From: a virus
DNA length: 64,000 nt
Reading direction: 5' to 3' (one strand)
IMG/VR virus record: IMGVR_UViG_3300009161_000003
Span: 32,001 to 96,000 of that record
Below the pieces are notes generated by a model. It was not told the origin of the DNA and searched no databases. It saw nothing but the letters and a program-made list of their open reading frames with translations. This document shows positions 26,568 through 37,334 of this stretch, piece by piece (the first letter of the stretch is position 1; every line of letters starts with the position of its first letter). The translations under genes and the position numbers were made by a program.

Positions 26568-28355
26568 CTATAATAAATTAAACTTTCCTAAAAACTCTTC
26601 AACATCTTTTGGCATCTGCATATTACGCTTCTCTTCTCTTTCTTGAAACTCCTGCCGATTTCTTTCTTTTGCAGCACTGCCCCAAGTGTGTACATCAATT
26701 TCTAAGTTTAAATCTTTTTGTGTGTGTGCAATTGCTCCATAGACTGCACCACAAACAGCATCTGCTAAATCTTTAGATAACTTACGTGGGTGGTCCACTC
26801 TGTTACCTTTCATAATTTTTAACTCAGAAAGTTCCTGAAGCAATAAATCAATTTGTGGCATTGCAATTCTTTCTTCATAAACCATCATTGCTAAATCTTC
26901 ATAATGTTTTTTAGCAACTGAAACTGTATCTGTATTTATTCCAACAGCCTTAAGTTCATTTTGAATATCAAATGATTGCCATCTATCAAAGGATACAATA
27001 CCAATGTTAAATCCTTGCCTTCTTAGGTTAATAATCCATTGTTTTACTTCAGATAAGTTTACTGGCCCCTCAATTTTTGGCTCCCACCATGCAACGGCAT
27101 CTACAACAACAACTGGTGCAACCTGTTCATAGTCTTTAATAACTTGAATGTTAACCCATTTGTCAACGTGTGCAATAGCAACAGCACACTTATCATGCTT
27201 CTGTGCAAGGTCTGCGTGTATATAATATGTTTTGTCTGGATCTGGTTTAAAAGATTCATCAAACCTTCTATTAGAATCTAGTGGATTTCTTAGCGTCATA
27301 CACTTAACTAACTTATCTTTTTGTTTAAAGAATGCGTCTGATGAAAATGTTGGGATACATGCAAAGCGCATCATTGCATCACCCAAGTCTGTATAGAATG
27401 CATGTTTAAAATCTTCAATACTTCTTGTTGGGTTTACTTCCCATGTTGGTCTTTTTAATGCTAAGATTCCAGGAAACTTATATGAAATAATATAATCTTC
27501 ATCCCAGGAAATTTCAAATGAGTTGTCTGGAGTATCTCCTAGTTCTGGATTTAAAATAAACTTATGGGTTCTTTCAACAACTTCTTTTTCAGCAATTACA
27601 CTGTCATATTTTTCAGAGATAAAGTCTCCTGGATATCTAGGAAATGAAAGCAATACAACTTTTCCAAGATCTGGGAAACGAGAATCGACTGATCCACGAA
27701 ACGCTTTATAAATATTTTCTGCAGTTTTACCTTGTTCATTACCAGTTCCAACTTCAGATGCAAAACCAGAAATCTCATCAAGAACTGCAAGCAATAGGTT
27801 TAAACCTTCATGTGATTCTCTTTCTGAGTGTCCAGAATAAACAGTTATCGATTGATCAAATTCAATAGAGTCTGCTTTTGCATTATACTTTCCCGCAAAC
27901 CAAGGAGATTTTTCAATTTTATTTTTAAATCCTTTAAAAAAAACGTTCTTTGCTTGTTGAGCATTTATAGCAACGTTAATTAAATCTATTGCGTCTCCGC
28001 TTGGTTTTCCGAAGTATCTTGCCGGGTCTTTAAGACATAGTAACTTATAAACAATATAGGCACAAGCCACAGTCGAAGTAAAGTCCTTGCCACTACCCTT
28101 CCCAAGTTGTAAAATAATTTCGTTTTTAGTAAATTTTTCATAATATTTTTTACCTTCCACTGTTCCCATTATTTTTTCTAAATCTTCTTTTTTATAAATC
28201 TGACTCATTGCTTCAACAATTTCATATTGTATTTTTGACAATGGCGGTTGGCCTAAATAGTTTGGAGACTCAATAAATGTTTTTGCATCTACTGGAACCT
28301 CTAAAAAATTATTGTCTTCAAGTACTTCTAGAAACTCATTGAACATCGTGGACAA
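26568..28355 (-). CDS. terL: terminase large subunit
   Basis: Walker A GKGSGKD, Walker B AVLDE, nuclease HADLAQKHD...DHP..SKD.AD. Confidence 0.9.
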   Translation of the reverse strand: MSTMFNEFLEVLEDNNFLEVPVDAKTFIESPNYLGQPPLSKIQYEIVEAMSQIYKKEDLEKIMGTVEGKKYYEKFTKNEIILQLGKGSGKDFTSTVACAYIVYKLLCLKDPARYFGKPSGDAIDLINVAINAQQAKNVFFKGFKNKIEKSPWFAGKYNAKADSIEFDQSITVYSGHSERESHEGLNLLLAVLDEISGFASEVGTGNEQGKTAENIYKAFRGSVDSRFPDLGKVVLLSFPRYPGDFISEKYDSVIAEKEVVERTHKFILNPELGDTPDNSFEISWDEDYIISYKFPGILALKRPTWEVNPTRSIEDFKHAFYTDLGDAMMRFACIPTFSSDAFFKQKDKLVKCMTLRNPLDSNRRFDESFKPDPDKTYYIHADLAQKHDKCAVAIAHVDKWVNIQVIKDYEQVAPVVVVDAVAWWEPKIEGPVNLSEVKQWIINLRRQGFNIGIVSFDRWQSFDIQNELKAVGINTDTVSVAKKHYEDLAMMVYEERIAMPQIDLLLQELSELKIMKGNRVDHPRKLSKDLADAVCGAVYGAIAHTQKDLNLEIDVHTWGSAAKERNRQEFQEREEKRNMQMPKDVEEFLGKFNLL

Positions 28356-28872
28356 TTGTTATTACCTCATTTGCCTTAGCGATAGATGATAATCTTTTCA
28401 TAATTTCATCTCTTACCTGTGGATATTCAGAAGCAATATCACGCAAGATTTCAATTAATACTTCTTGCTTTTGTTCAACCTCTAAGATCTCTTCTGCTAG
28501 TTCTTTATTTTCTAGCAGCCCTGCTTTTTGTAGCATATCAATTCTTTTTGATTCAATGTCTAATACTAATTTAATTGCATTAGTCTTTGCTCCAAGATTA
28601 TTATTTAATCCAGCCTCATCAATAACCTCGTAGGCTTTAGAAATTAACTTACCATAGTGTTGGTCTGCTGCTGCTAATGCTTCTTTTGCTCTACCTCGAA
28701 TTGCATCGTTAGCAGAAGCCATAACTTTCCACTCATTTATAAGTGCAACAACTCTAACTCTAGGCATACTTAAATCTTTTGAAATCTTGGTTGGGTCACT
28801 ACCCTTTAAATATTCTTCTACTACTTTATTTATTTGATCTAAGTGTTCAATAAGTTCAACTTCAGTTGACAT
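28336..28872 (-). CDS. HTH protein, probable terminase small subunit
   Basis: N-terminal HTH plus helical oligomerisation region, directly upstream of terL. Confidence 0.6.
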   Translation of the reverse strand: MSTEVELIEHLDQINKVVEEYLKGSDPTKISKDLSMPRVRVVALINEWKVMASANDAIRGRAKEALAAADQHYGKLISKAYEVIDEAGLNNNLGAKTNAIKLVLDIESKRIDMLQKAGLLENKELAEEILEVEQKQEVLIEILRDIASEYPQVRDEIMKRLSSIAKANEVITIVHDVQ

Positions 28873-29107
28873 GATTTATTCCTTCAATTCTATAGATTTC
28901 ATCTTGAATATAAAAAATTGCTTTCTTTAAATCTTCAACATGTTTCTCTTCGTTTTTTAATCCTGCTCTCCAAAGATACTTAATAGCATTGCCTATATTA
29001 AAATTTCTATGTCTAGTTATTTCTAAGCACTCAACGCCAGATGGATCGCTAGTATAATGTTCTGGATGGCTAACTTGATCAACCGTAATTTTTAAATGAT
29101 CGCTCAT
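28862..29107 (-). CDS. DUF3310 (SaV-like) protein
   Basis: VSHPEHY, GNAIKYLWRAGLK, EDLKKAIFY. Confidence 0.9.
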   Translation of the reverse strand: MSDHLKITVDQVSHPEHYTSDPSGVECLEITRHRNFNIGNAIKYLWRAGLKNEEKHVEDLKKAIFYIQDEIYRIEGINHVN

Positions 29108-29259
29108 CGCTTAGACTTCCTTAATCCAAATTTTGCAAGGTAAACGTAAACAGTCTCTACTGTACATCCACACTCCTTAGCAATCTCCTCTGGAGTCTTT
29201 TTATCCATAACATATCGTTTACGCATAAAGACTTCTGATGTATACAGTTTAGCAGCCAT
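29104..29259 (-). CDS. small HTH DNA-binding protein
   Basis: KTPEEIAKECGCTVETVYVYLAKFGL; start MAAKLY. Confidence 0.75.
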   Translation of the reverse strand: MAAKLYTSEVFMRKRYVMDKKTPEEIAKECGCTVETVYVYLAKFGLRKSKR

Positions 29260-29263
29260 ATCG

Positions 29264-29908
29264 TTATTTGTCAACTTCTGTCTCAAGGATATCATAGTTG
29301 TATGCGTTTGAGTCTTCAAGCGTCCATTTATCATAACTTTCAACATCCCATTTATTTGTATTAATAAGTCTTTGTATTACTAGATCTTTTTTTGTTACAA
29401 AAGATGGTTCTTTTAACCTTACCCTGTTATTTGGCTGTATTGCAAAGTTTCCATCATCTCTTTGAATTACATGCCCACACTTGTGCTGTCCTGGATTTTC
29501 AGAGTATCCATCATCAAGTATGTTACTTTCTGGACTATGCCAATCAAGTGTAAATAAATATTTTCCAGGAACATTTGTTTTATTTCTATCAAGATATGAA
29601 ATTCTCATGTTACTTAAATTTTCAAATTTTGTAACTGAAATATATGGACTAAAAGAATTCCATAAAACTAAATTATGAATTGGCTCTTCTGGAACATTTG
29701 GTTTTGTACAAAAAGCATTAATTGGCATTCTCCACCACATTCCACCATCTTCCATTAATAAATGAAATAGTGGACTTCTTCCCTTAACAGTTGCAACTCC
29801 AAATATAACACATGGAAAATATTGATCATGACTGTCTTCTTGATCTCTTAAAAAATTTCCACGAACATAACATTCTATTGGTGGTATGTTTGCATTTAAC
29901 TCTGGCAT
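29264..29908 (-). CDS. conserved phage hypothetical protein
   Basis: LNANIPP...YLFTLDW...HKCGH...GNFA.QPNNR. Confidence 0.75.
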   Translation of the reverse strand: MPELNANIPPIECYVRGNFLRDQEDSHDQYFPCVIFGVATVKGRSPLFHLLMEDGGMWWRMPINAFCTKPNVPEEPIHNLVLWNSFSPYISVTKFENLSNMRISYLDRNKTNVPGKYLFTLDWHSPESNILDDGYSENPGQHKCGHVIQRDDGNFAIQPNNRVRLKEPSFVTKKDLVIQRLINTNKWDVESYDKWTLEDSNAYNYDILETEVDK

Positions 29909-30498
29909 TACTTGTCAACTCCCATTGCTTTATCCCAGTTTTTTATAGCCCAATGCCCAATACCACAAGCATCTGCTACATCATTGTCAGTTATAGATCT
30001 ATCATACTGCATATTAATAAACCTTATTGTTCTTTCTTTGCGTAAATTTCTTTCATAGGTTTTATACCAAGACTCTGACTTTCCAGGATTTGCTGATCGT
30101 ATAGCAAACTTTTCATCCTTGTCAATTTTTTTATTACCAATAAAGTTTTGCCAAGTTATTGGAGAAACTGTTCCTATAACTTTTGTGCCAGTTAGTCCTG
30201 CTGCCCCTAACAAGGCTCCTTGAACAAGCGCTAAGTCTGCAGCAACCTTTGGACTATTCATGAATACAGTATGTTCAATAACTATTGCTTCAAACCCTCC
30301 GTAATGATCTAAGAATGATTTAGTCTTATTACATGCATCCATAACCTTTTCATAATTTGTTTTACCTTCAAAATTAATCTTACCAACTGTTCCAAGAACA
30401 TTATCATTAAATACAGCAAAGGCAAGGCTGTTTGTACTAGCATCAATGGCACATATTGTTTTTGGCTTAATAGCAAAGCCCCACTTATTCTTGTTCAT
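29908..30498 (-). CDS. ruvC: RuvC-like Holliday junction resolvase
   Basis: AIDAST, IVIE, DNDVADA catalytic acids. Confidence 0.75.
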   Translation of the reverse strand: MNKNKWGFAIKPKTICAIDASTNSLAFAVFNDNVLGTVGKINFEGKTNYEKVMDACNKTKSFLDHYGGFEAIVIEHTVFMNSPKVAADLALVQGALLGAAGLTGTKVIGTVSPITWQNFIGNKKIDKDEKFAIRSANPGKSESWYKTYERNLRKERTIRFINMQYDRSITDNDVADACGIGHWAIKNWDKAMGVDK

Positions 30499-30775
30499 AT
30501 TGCATATAACCTTTAATTTGATTAAGCATTCTATGTAATTCTTTTGGATCTACCGTGCAATTTGGACAATAGTTAACGTCGTTGTACATTGAAAGGGTAG
30601 TTCCACAACCTCTGGCACATTTTCTATCTTTGCCAATTCTTTTTTTTCTTTTATTTAATGCCTGCTTGTTAGCAATTTTTACTTTTGTTGCTTCATTTCT
30701 ACAAGTTGGACTACAGTAAATTTGATAACTTACTGTAGCATCAAACATATTCTCGCACCAACTACACGGCTTCAC
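30485..30775 (-). CDS. zinc-finger protein
   Basis: CxxC...YCSxxC and C..GC...CxxC. Confidence 0.75.
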   Translation of the reverse strand: MKPCSWCENMFDATVSYQIYCSPTCRNEATKVKIANKQALNKRKKRIGKDRKCARGCGTTLSMYNDVNYCPNCTVDPKELHRMLNQIKGYMQYEQE

Positions 30776-31598
30776 TTAGACCCTCTAGTGGAGCAATTTT
30801 AATTACTCCTGGTCCTGCATCAGCGCAGGCCTTTTGGACTGGACAAGCCTTACAAATTTTTGAATTTGCACGATAGTTTTTATTAGGAAGAGTTCTATCT
30901 TCCCAGGCCTTGCGTACTTCCCTTAGCCAGTTAAATGTATTGTCTATCCATTGTCTATAATGGTCATTGACGCTTATTGGAATTGCAAGAAGTTCATGGC
31001 TATTTTTATTTTCATATAATAAAACTCCATCTTTCTTCTTAAGAATTTTCATATACAGCAATATCTGAATAATGTGACCTTTTTTAGCCTTATTCATTCT
31101 TTTATAATACTGAAATGCTTCTTCTCCGCATGTTTTAATTTCTAACACAACTTCTTCATCATTAATAACTAAAATACCATCTCCATATCCAAAGATTGGA
31201 GGATCTTGGTTACTAATTTTAAATTCAGTTGTTGGCTTGCCAGTCTTTTCATCAGTAAATACTTTTGCTATTCCAGAATTAAGAATTGCGTCTTGAATTC
31301 TTCCATGAGATAACGTACCATTGCCCATATTTGCAGCAGAGAATGGAGTAGTCAAGTCATCAAACTCGTTGCCATCAAAGGCTAAGTACCAATATCTAGC
31401 ACACTCACCAAACCCATAAGCAATTGTTGATGGAGCAAATGTTTTCTTTTGAACAAACTTTTTGTCACGACCTACAAGATAGCCTTTTTCAATAGCCTCA
31501 ACTAAAGATTTAGTATCTATGTGACTTTCTGCCTTTGTTTGTTTTACCATTACTTGTTGTAGTAAACTTTTAGTCATTATATTCCTTTGTTTAGACAA
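30762..31598 (-). CDS. Cas4-like PD-(D/E)xK exonuclease
   Basis: C.R..Y, GYGDG, LEIKT, QxxxY, CKACP...C Fe-S cysteines. Confidence 0.85.
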   Translation of the reverse strand: MSKQRNIMTKSLLQQVMVKQTKAESHIDTKSLVEAIEKGYLVGRDKKFVQKKTFAPSTIAYGFGECARYWYLAFDGNEFDDLTTPFSAANMGNGTLSHGRIQDAILNSGIAKVFTDEKTGKPTTEFKISNQDPPIFGYGDGILVINDEEVVLEIKTCGEEAFQYYKRMNKAKKGHIIQILLYMKILKKKDGVLLYENKNSHELLAIPISVNDHYRQWIDNTFNWLREVRKAWEDRTLPNKNYRANSKICKACPVQKACADAGPGVIKIAPLEGLSEAV

Positions 31599-31605
31599 GT
31601 ATACA

Positions 31606-31911
31606 CTATCTGGTGATATATTTCAGTGCTGACACTAAATTGTTTACTGCTTCTGCTGCAGTATAATAAATGTTTTTCTTTCCCCTGTTACTTTTATCAA
31701 CATTTGCCATCCAGGTTGCTTTCAATGCCAACTTAGCAGCAATAGCCTGAAGTCTAACAATTTCTAAAGTTGCAACTTGAATAGGAATGTCTGGTTTAAT
31801 AATAAGTTTAGCAATCATAGTCAGTGCAGTTGTAAGATCTTCATCTTGCATGTACTCTGCTATGTCTGATAGATCATTAAGTTGTTCTAGTGTTGTATTG
31901 TTTTGTTCCAA
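31606..31911 (-). CDS. hypothetical helical protein
   Basis: ORF in the recombination block. Confidence 0.7.
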   Translation of the reverse strand: MEQNNTTLEQLNDLSDIAEYMQDEDLTTALTMIAKLIIKPDIPIQVATLEIVRLQAIAAKLALKATWMANVDKSNRGKKNIYYTAAEAVNNLVSALKYITR

Positions 31912-31929
31912 AGTTTAACTACTTTCTAT

Positions 31930-32601
31930 TTATTTTAACAATGAGTCTTTTTTGTAATATTCTTCTTGATATCTTAAAAAGTTTTTATTTTTAACCCAAG
32001 AATTCATTCTTTTTTCTCTTTCTTCTTGGGCTCTTGCTACAAAATTTAACTCTTCAAAATCTTTTCTTGTTGAAAAATGCATAGTTAAAACTTCAGTATT
32101 GTCTCCATCATTAAACAATATTGGATCTCTCCAATGAATTGTACCTGCACCCCAAAAAAGAAGAAGGTCTCCATATTCAAGACTAAATTCATCTTCTTCA
32201 ATAATAATTGGCCAATCAATATTTTTATCTAATTGATAATCAAGCGTTAGTTTACTATAGTAATTATCAGAATCAAAATGTGGTGGAAGTTTTGGATTTA
32301 CATCATCACCATGAATTTTATTATAACTTAAATAAGAATTATGACTCATAAAAACTTCTTCACCAATAATTTCACAGGCAAATGCTTCAAGTTTTTTTCT
32401 TATTTTTTCTGGATACAAAATTTCAATTTGCATTCTTGACATTTTTGGTATAACCAATGGTCTATAAAATTCAGGCAAAGAATCGTCAACTTTTTGTTTT
32501 TCTACAATTGCCAATATTTCATCAAGTTCTTCTTTGGTAAAGAAATCTTTTATAATATGTGGAGTTATGCTATTCTTAGGTTTATAATTATCTAGATACA
32601 T
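31930..32601 (-). CDS. 2OG-Fe(II) oxygenase-like, leaderless moron
   Basis: LPPHFD...HWRD; TATAAT 6 nt before ATG at 32601. Confidence 0.7.
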   Translation of the reverse strand: MYLDNYKPKNSITPHIIKDFFTKEELDEILAIVEKQKVDDSLPEFYRPLVIPKMSRMQIEILYPEKIRKKLEAFACEIIGEEVFMSHNSYLSYNKIHGDDVNPKLPPHFDSDNYYSKLTLDYQLDKNIDWPIIIEEDEFSLEYGDLLLFWGAGTIHWRDPILFNDGDNTEVLTMHFSTRKDFEELNFVARAQEEREKRMNSWVKNKNFLRYQEEYYKKDSLLK

Positions 32602-32608
32602 ATATATA

Positions 32609-32899
32609 TTATACACCATCTACAAATTGTTCAAGTACTGCTAATTCAGTTATTGCAAGTCTGACCTTATTTGTCCCTTCGCCAATAATAACAATTATGG
32701 CTGGGTCATTATTATTTTTAATAGCGTCAGTGGTTGCTTTGGCCCAAACTTTTTGATTAAGGGTAAAAGATTTTCCAACTTCTTTAAAATCTACCGTAAA
32801 ATTTTTCCAAGTGGCATCGCCCTTATGGGTATTTCTTCCACTATTCTTATGCTGTTTGGCGCCTATTTTTTTTGATTCTGATCTCTCACTCATCTTCAT
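32609..32899 (-). CDS. PD-(D/E)xK Holliday junction resolvase-like nuclease
   Basis: E...NSG...KGDA...VDFKE. Confidence 0.65.
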   Translation of the reverse strand: MKMSERSESKKIGAKQHKNSGRNTHKGDATWKNFTVDFKEVGKSFTLNQKVWAKATTDAIKNNNDPAIIVIIGEGTNKVRLAITELAVLEQFVDGV

Positions 32900-33062
32900 A
32901 GTCCCTTTTTCCTTTTGGAATAAGACTAACTTTTGATATATGTTTTTTAGTACACATCCAAGTTAAATCTCTTGTTTCTGTCCATAATCTACAAACAATA
33001 ACTTCTTCATTACATTTTTGACAAACAAACTTTCCTTTATATGTAGAAAAATTGTTAAGCAT
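32886..33062 (-). CDS. 58-aa Zn-ribbon protein (not in ORF track)
   Basis: Hand-translated: F.CQKC...W.CTKKH; fills the gap after recA. Confidence 0.7.
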   Translation of the reverse strand: MLNNFSTYKGKFVCQKCNEEVIVCRLWTETRDLTWMCTKKHISKVSLIPKGKRDYEDE

Positions 33063-34074
33063 TCTCTACCTTTAGTTTTAATTGTTCTTGTAAGTCTAAA
33101 TCTTCTCTTACTCTGTCAATAAATGCATCTCTACCCTGAACTTTTGTGCCATCATCAAGTTGATACCAAGCACCAGTTCTATTTACCATACCCATTTGTT
33201 CTGCGGTATCAACAAGATCGCCTATCTTATCAATCCCAATATCATTACCTCTAAAATAAAAATCATACTCACCAGACTGAAAGCCAGGAGAGGTTTTAGA
33301 GAATTGTAACTCCCATCTAATTTTTCTACCAATTTTTTCTTCAATTAATTTATCTCCTATTTTAATTTTTCCTTTGATTGCTTGATTGTCTGATTCCGAT
33401 GAGAATAATTTAATAACGCAAGAGGAATAAAACTTAGTAGCCTGCCCACCAGAAGGCTGCTGACTAGTATACATAGCGTTAATATTATTACGAGACTGAG
33501 AAATAAGTACAAGCATAGTCGGCTTAACTTTGTTATTAGCATAGTTAAGCATTTTCCAAGCGTTGCTAAAGTCACGTGACTCTGCTCCAATCTGTTTTGT
33601 ATTTTCTAAAGCCTTCATATCGTCTGTATCTTTTTCAAAGTAAATGGCAGGAAGCATTGATGTAATACTATCAATTACAATTAAATCAACTCCAGCATTA
33701 ATAAGGCCTACTCCTACATCTACCATATCGCTAATTGTTCGTGCTTGTGAATAGATTAGTTTTTTTGGATCTACCCCAAGTTTTATAGCCCAGTCTTCTG
33801 AGTATGACATCTCTGAGTCAATCCATGCACAAATCTTTCCTTCTGCCTGTGCCATTGCAATCATTTGCAGACACATAGAGGACTTTGCACTTGACTTGCT
33901 ACCCCAGATCAAAACCTGTCTTCCATACGGTAAACCGCCACCAAGAGCCTTGTTAAGACCATAACTGGGAGTAGGCTGGTATTCAAAAGTAATTCCTTCT
34001 CCAGTACCCAAACGTTTTCTAAGTTTAGGATCTAGTAATGCTAAAACATCTTCTACGCTAACTGACATGAACAT
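33055..34074 (-). CDS. recA: RecA recombinase
   Basis: LGGGLPYGR, G.KSSAKS P-loop, WIDSE, IVIDS, GG.A.KFY, GAWY. Confidence 0.93.
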   Translation of the reverse strand: MFMSVSVEDVLALLDPKLRKRLGTGEGITFEYQPTPSYGLNKALGGGLPYGRQVLIWGSKSSAKSSMCLQMIAMAQAEGKICAWIDSEMSYSEDWAIKLGVDPKKLIYSQARTISDMVDVGVGLINAGVDLIVIDSITSMLPAIYFEKDTDDMKALENTKQIGAESRDFSNAWKMLNYANNKVKPTMLVLISQSRNNINAMYTSQQPSGGQATKFYSSCVIKLFSSESDNQAIKGKIKIGDKLIEEKIGRKIRWELQFSKTSPGFQSGEYDFYFRGNDIGIDKIGDLVDTAEQMGMVNRTGAWYQLDDGTKVQGRDAFIDRVREDLDLQEQLKLKVENA

Positions 34075-37000
34075 CCTCCAAAGTTATAGTCCCATCTTTT
34101 GTTTTGCCAAAATCAAACTTATAGGTATTGCCCTCTTTAATATGCATATAGGCTTTTGCAAAAGATGTTGGGAATACTGTTATAGAATGTAAGTCTCTTG
34201 ATGAATCTGCTAAAGTTAATAATGCCATCTTCTTTCCAGTTTTTGTTGTTCTTGGTTTAAATGATATCACAAACATCTCTTCTTCTGCAAATGGCAATTG
34301 CTTATAATTTAAAAATCTAACTAAAGCATTTGGTGAAGTTTTAATTTCATCAACTGGTGTGGCAGAAACAATCCTATTGTCAGATGCTAATAGCAGATAA
34401 GTTTTACCAATCTCAATGGTAGTGTTCTCATCATCAAATATTCCAATTGATCCCGTTTTGTCTAACACATCAACACGAGACCATCCTGTTCCTCTTTTAA
34501 TTGATTTAATCATTCCCATTAAAATAAAAGATCCTTTTTCTTCAAAATCTTCTGTTGATTGAATGAATGAATGATATTGTGTTGGCACTGTCATATTAAA
34601 TTCTGGCAAATTTAAATACTCATATAAATTTTCTTTGATCTCTTGATCATTTCTTGGGTTATCAGAAAAGGTAGCAGCACCAGTAATCCTTAGTGACTGT
34701 AAGGCTCTGCTATTTACTCCGTTTCCTTTTGTAAAAGTAAATTCTTCAAGTTGTTTGTATGATGTGAATGGTCGCGCTTGGATATATCTTTCTGCAATCT
34801 TGTCAGATATATATTTAACAGAACTAAGTCCAAATCTAATACCTTTACCCTCAATTTTAAAATCCATATCCGAATCGTTAATGTGAGGTAACTTAATGCT
34901 AATGCCCATTCTTTTCGCTTCAATAAGATACTCAGTTCTTCCATCTTTATCCTTTTCATTTTTTAAAAGGGCAAACATAAATTCAAGTGGATAATAATAC
35001 TTTAACCAAGCGGTCCAATACGAGACCGTAGAGTAAGCAACCGCATGAGACTTGTTGAACGAATACCCCGCATGTGCTTCAAAGTCATGCCATAAATCCA
35101 AAGCAGAATTAGGACTAATGTACTTAGAAGCACCATTAACAAACTTTTCTTTAAACTGATCAAATTCTTTAGCATCTTTCTTCTTTCCAATAATTTTACG
35201 TACCTTGTCTGCTTCTGCCATTGTCATTCCACCAAGTTCAACACAGGCTTGCATAACCTGCTCTTGATACAAAACACAACCGTATGTATCTATTGTAATG
35301 GGTTTCATAACCTTATTTAAATAATCAATATTTTGCTTGCCGTGCTTTCTTGCAATATAGTCTTTGCCAATAGTATTCATTGCTCCTGGGCGAACCAATG
35401 CGTTAGATGCTGCAAGTTCATTTAGATTCTTCACACCCATTTTAATCAAAAGGCTTGTATATGGTGCAGCCTCACACTGAAAAACTCCTTTAGTATATCC
35501 ATCTGAAATCATTTCATAAACTTTAGGATCTTCTAAATCAATTTCTAATAAATTAATTTCTTTATAATGATTCTTTTTAATTTCTGCAATAGCATCTTGA
35601 ATAACACTAAGAGTTTTTAATCCAAGTGCGTCAATCTTAATTAGGCCAATTCTTTCTGCTTCTTCCATATCAACACCAACCACTGGAATTCTTTCGTCAG
35701 ATCCTGGAGATGATCTTGTTTCTAGTGGTGCATATCTAAAAATTGGGTTCTTGCTTGTCACAACTCCTGCAGCATGAATTCCAGTTCCACGAATACGTCC
35801 TCGCAACTGATCTCCATATACTTCTACTTCTGGATATTTTTCTCTAAACCATAATGTTGTTTTTGAATAACAAAAATCTTCCCATGTGTCAACTTGCTTT
35901 AGTGCTTTGTTTACATCTGACAAAGGAATATTTAAAACTCTAGCGACATCTCTAACTACACCTTTGCCTTTAAACTCTAAGAAAGTAGCAATAGATGCAA
36001 CGTGCCTATACTGTCTAACTAAATAATCTTTTACTTCTTCACGACGAGTATCTTGAATGTCTGTATCAATATCTGGAAAGTCATTTCTTTCTGGATTAAT
36101 AAATCGAAAAAACAGCAGTCCATATTTAATTGGATCTATGTCTGTAATTCCAAGTGCAAAGCAGACTAAAGATCCAGCAGAGGATCCACGACCTGGACCT
36201 ACCATAATTCCTTCCTTCTTTGCCCAAGCAATCATGCTTTGAACAACTAAGAAATATGGTGCAAATTTTTTATTTTTAACAATTTCTAATTCTTCACGTA
36301 ATCTATTAACATATTCTTCATTATCTTGCAGACCTTTAAGTGTCAAACCTTCAAAAGCAATCTTTTCTAATTCACTATCTGGACTTTTATATTGAACTGG
36401 TAAAAGATCAAGTCCATCTTGAATATCATAGTCTTCTACTGTGTCTGCTAGTAGGAGTGTGTTTGAGTATATGTCTGGTCTATCTATCCCCTGTTTTTCC
36501 ATTGCTAATTTAATTTCATCATATGATAGTAAATGTATATCAAATTTATTAAAGGTAATTTGACGATCTTCTCCGTACAGGTAGTCAAGTCTTTGCATCA
36601 TATTAGTTTTCTTTTTAGACTTTTCATATGTTGCTTCTTTATTAACTTTGCCGTGAGTATTCATCAATAATTTAAACTCTTGGATTTCTTTTTGTGATGT
36701 GTCTGAATGATGACAGTCTGGAGTTACAACAACCTTAATGTTAAATTCATCTGCAAGTTCAATCAAAGCCTTATTTATTTCTGGGGTATTGTGTGGCATT
36801 ACCTCAATATAATAATCATTACCAAAATTATTCTTAAACCATTTAATATTTTTCTTTGCAATAGCAAACTCATTTTCTTCTAATGCTTTTACAATAACAC
36901 TACTTGGACATGCTGAAGTTACAATAATACCTTCACGATATTTTTCAAGTATCTTAAAATCAAATCTTGGTTTCTTAAAAAACCCATCAGTCCAGGAAAC

Positions 37001-37333
37001 TTCACTAATTTTATTTAAATTTTCTAAACCAATCTGATTCTTTGCTAGAAGAACAATGTGATTATAAACAAGGTCTTGTTGACCTTCTCTTTCAGACTTA
37101 TCTCGTGTATCAGATATGTCTGCACACATATATCCTTCTAGCCCAAGAATTGGTTTAATGCCTTTGGATTTTGCGGTACGATAAAACTCACGATGTCCTG
37201 AAAGTGTGCCGTGATCTGTTATTGCCAATGCTGGCATTTTAAGATCTACGGCACGACTTAGATACTCTTCTGGAGTTGCAATTCCATCGAACAGAGAATA
37301 GTGAGTGTGTACGTGTAATCCTGCGTAGTTCAT
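34058..37333 (-). CDS. dnaE: DNA polymerase III alpha (DnaE) with PHP domain
   Basis: LHVHTHYS, TDHG, GRGSSAGS, PDIDTD, HAAG, KIDALGL, YSFNKSHA; start MNYAGL at 37333. Confidence 0.96.
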   Translation of the reverse strand: MNYAGLHVHTHYSLFDGIATPEEYLSRAVDLKMPALAITDHGTLSGHREFYRTAKSKGIKPILGLEGYMCADISDTRDKSEREGQQDLVYNHIVLLAKNQIGLENLNKISEVSWTDGFFKKPRFDFKILEKYREGIIVTSACPSSVIVKALEENEFAIAKKNIKWFKNNFGNDYYIEVMPHNTPEINKALIELADEFNIKVVVTPDCHHSDTSQKEIQEFKLLMNTHGKVNKEATYEKSKKKTNMMQRLDYLYGEDRQITFNKFDIHLLSYDEIKLAMEKQGIDRPDIYSNTLLLADTVEDYDIQDGLDLLPVQYKSPDSELEKIAFEGLTLKGLQDNEEYVNRLREELEIVKNKKFAPYFLVVQSMIAWAKKEGIMVGPGRGSSAGSLVCFALGITDIDPIKYGLLFFRFINPERNDFPDIDTDIQDTRREEVKDYLVRQYRHVASIATFLEFKGKGVVRDVARVLNIPLSDVNKALKQVDTWEDFCYSKTTLWFREKYPEVEVYGDQLRGRIRGTGIHAAGVVTSKNPIFRYAPLETRSSPGSDERIPVVGVDMEEAERIGLIKIDALGLKTLSVIQDAIAEIKKNHYKEINLLEIDLEDPKVYEMISDGYTKGVFQCEAAPYTSLLIKMGVKNLNELAASNALVRPGAMNTIGKDYIARKHGKQNIDYLNKVMKPITIDTYGCVLYQEQVMQACVELGGMTMAEADKVRKIIGKKKDAKEFDQFKEKFVNGASKYISPNSALDLWHDFEAHAGYSFNKSHAVAYSTVSYWTAWLKYYYPLEFMFALLKNEKDKDGRTEYLIEAKRMGISIKLPHINDSDMDFKIEGKGIRFGLSSVKYISDKIAERYIQARPFTSYKQLEEFTFTKGNGVNSRALQSLRITGAATFSDNPRNDQEIKENLYEYLNLPEFNMTVPTQYHSFIQSTEDFEEKGSFILMGMIKSIKRGTGWSRVDVLDKTGSIGIFDDENTTIEIGKTYLLLASDNRIVSATPVDEIKTSPNALVRFLNYKQLPFAEEEMFVISFKPRTTKTGKKMALLTLADSSRDLHSITVFPTSFAKAYMHIKEGNTYKFDFGKTKDGTITLEDVHVS

Positions 37334-37334
37334 A

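Noticed and set aside
30762-31598. Cas4-like gene as a sign of a CRISPR-Cas system
   Set aside because: No cas1/cas2 and no repeat-spacer array seen; solo Cas4-like nucleases are common in phage recombination modules.
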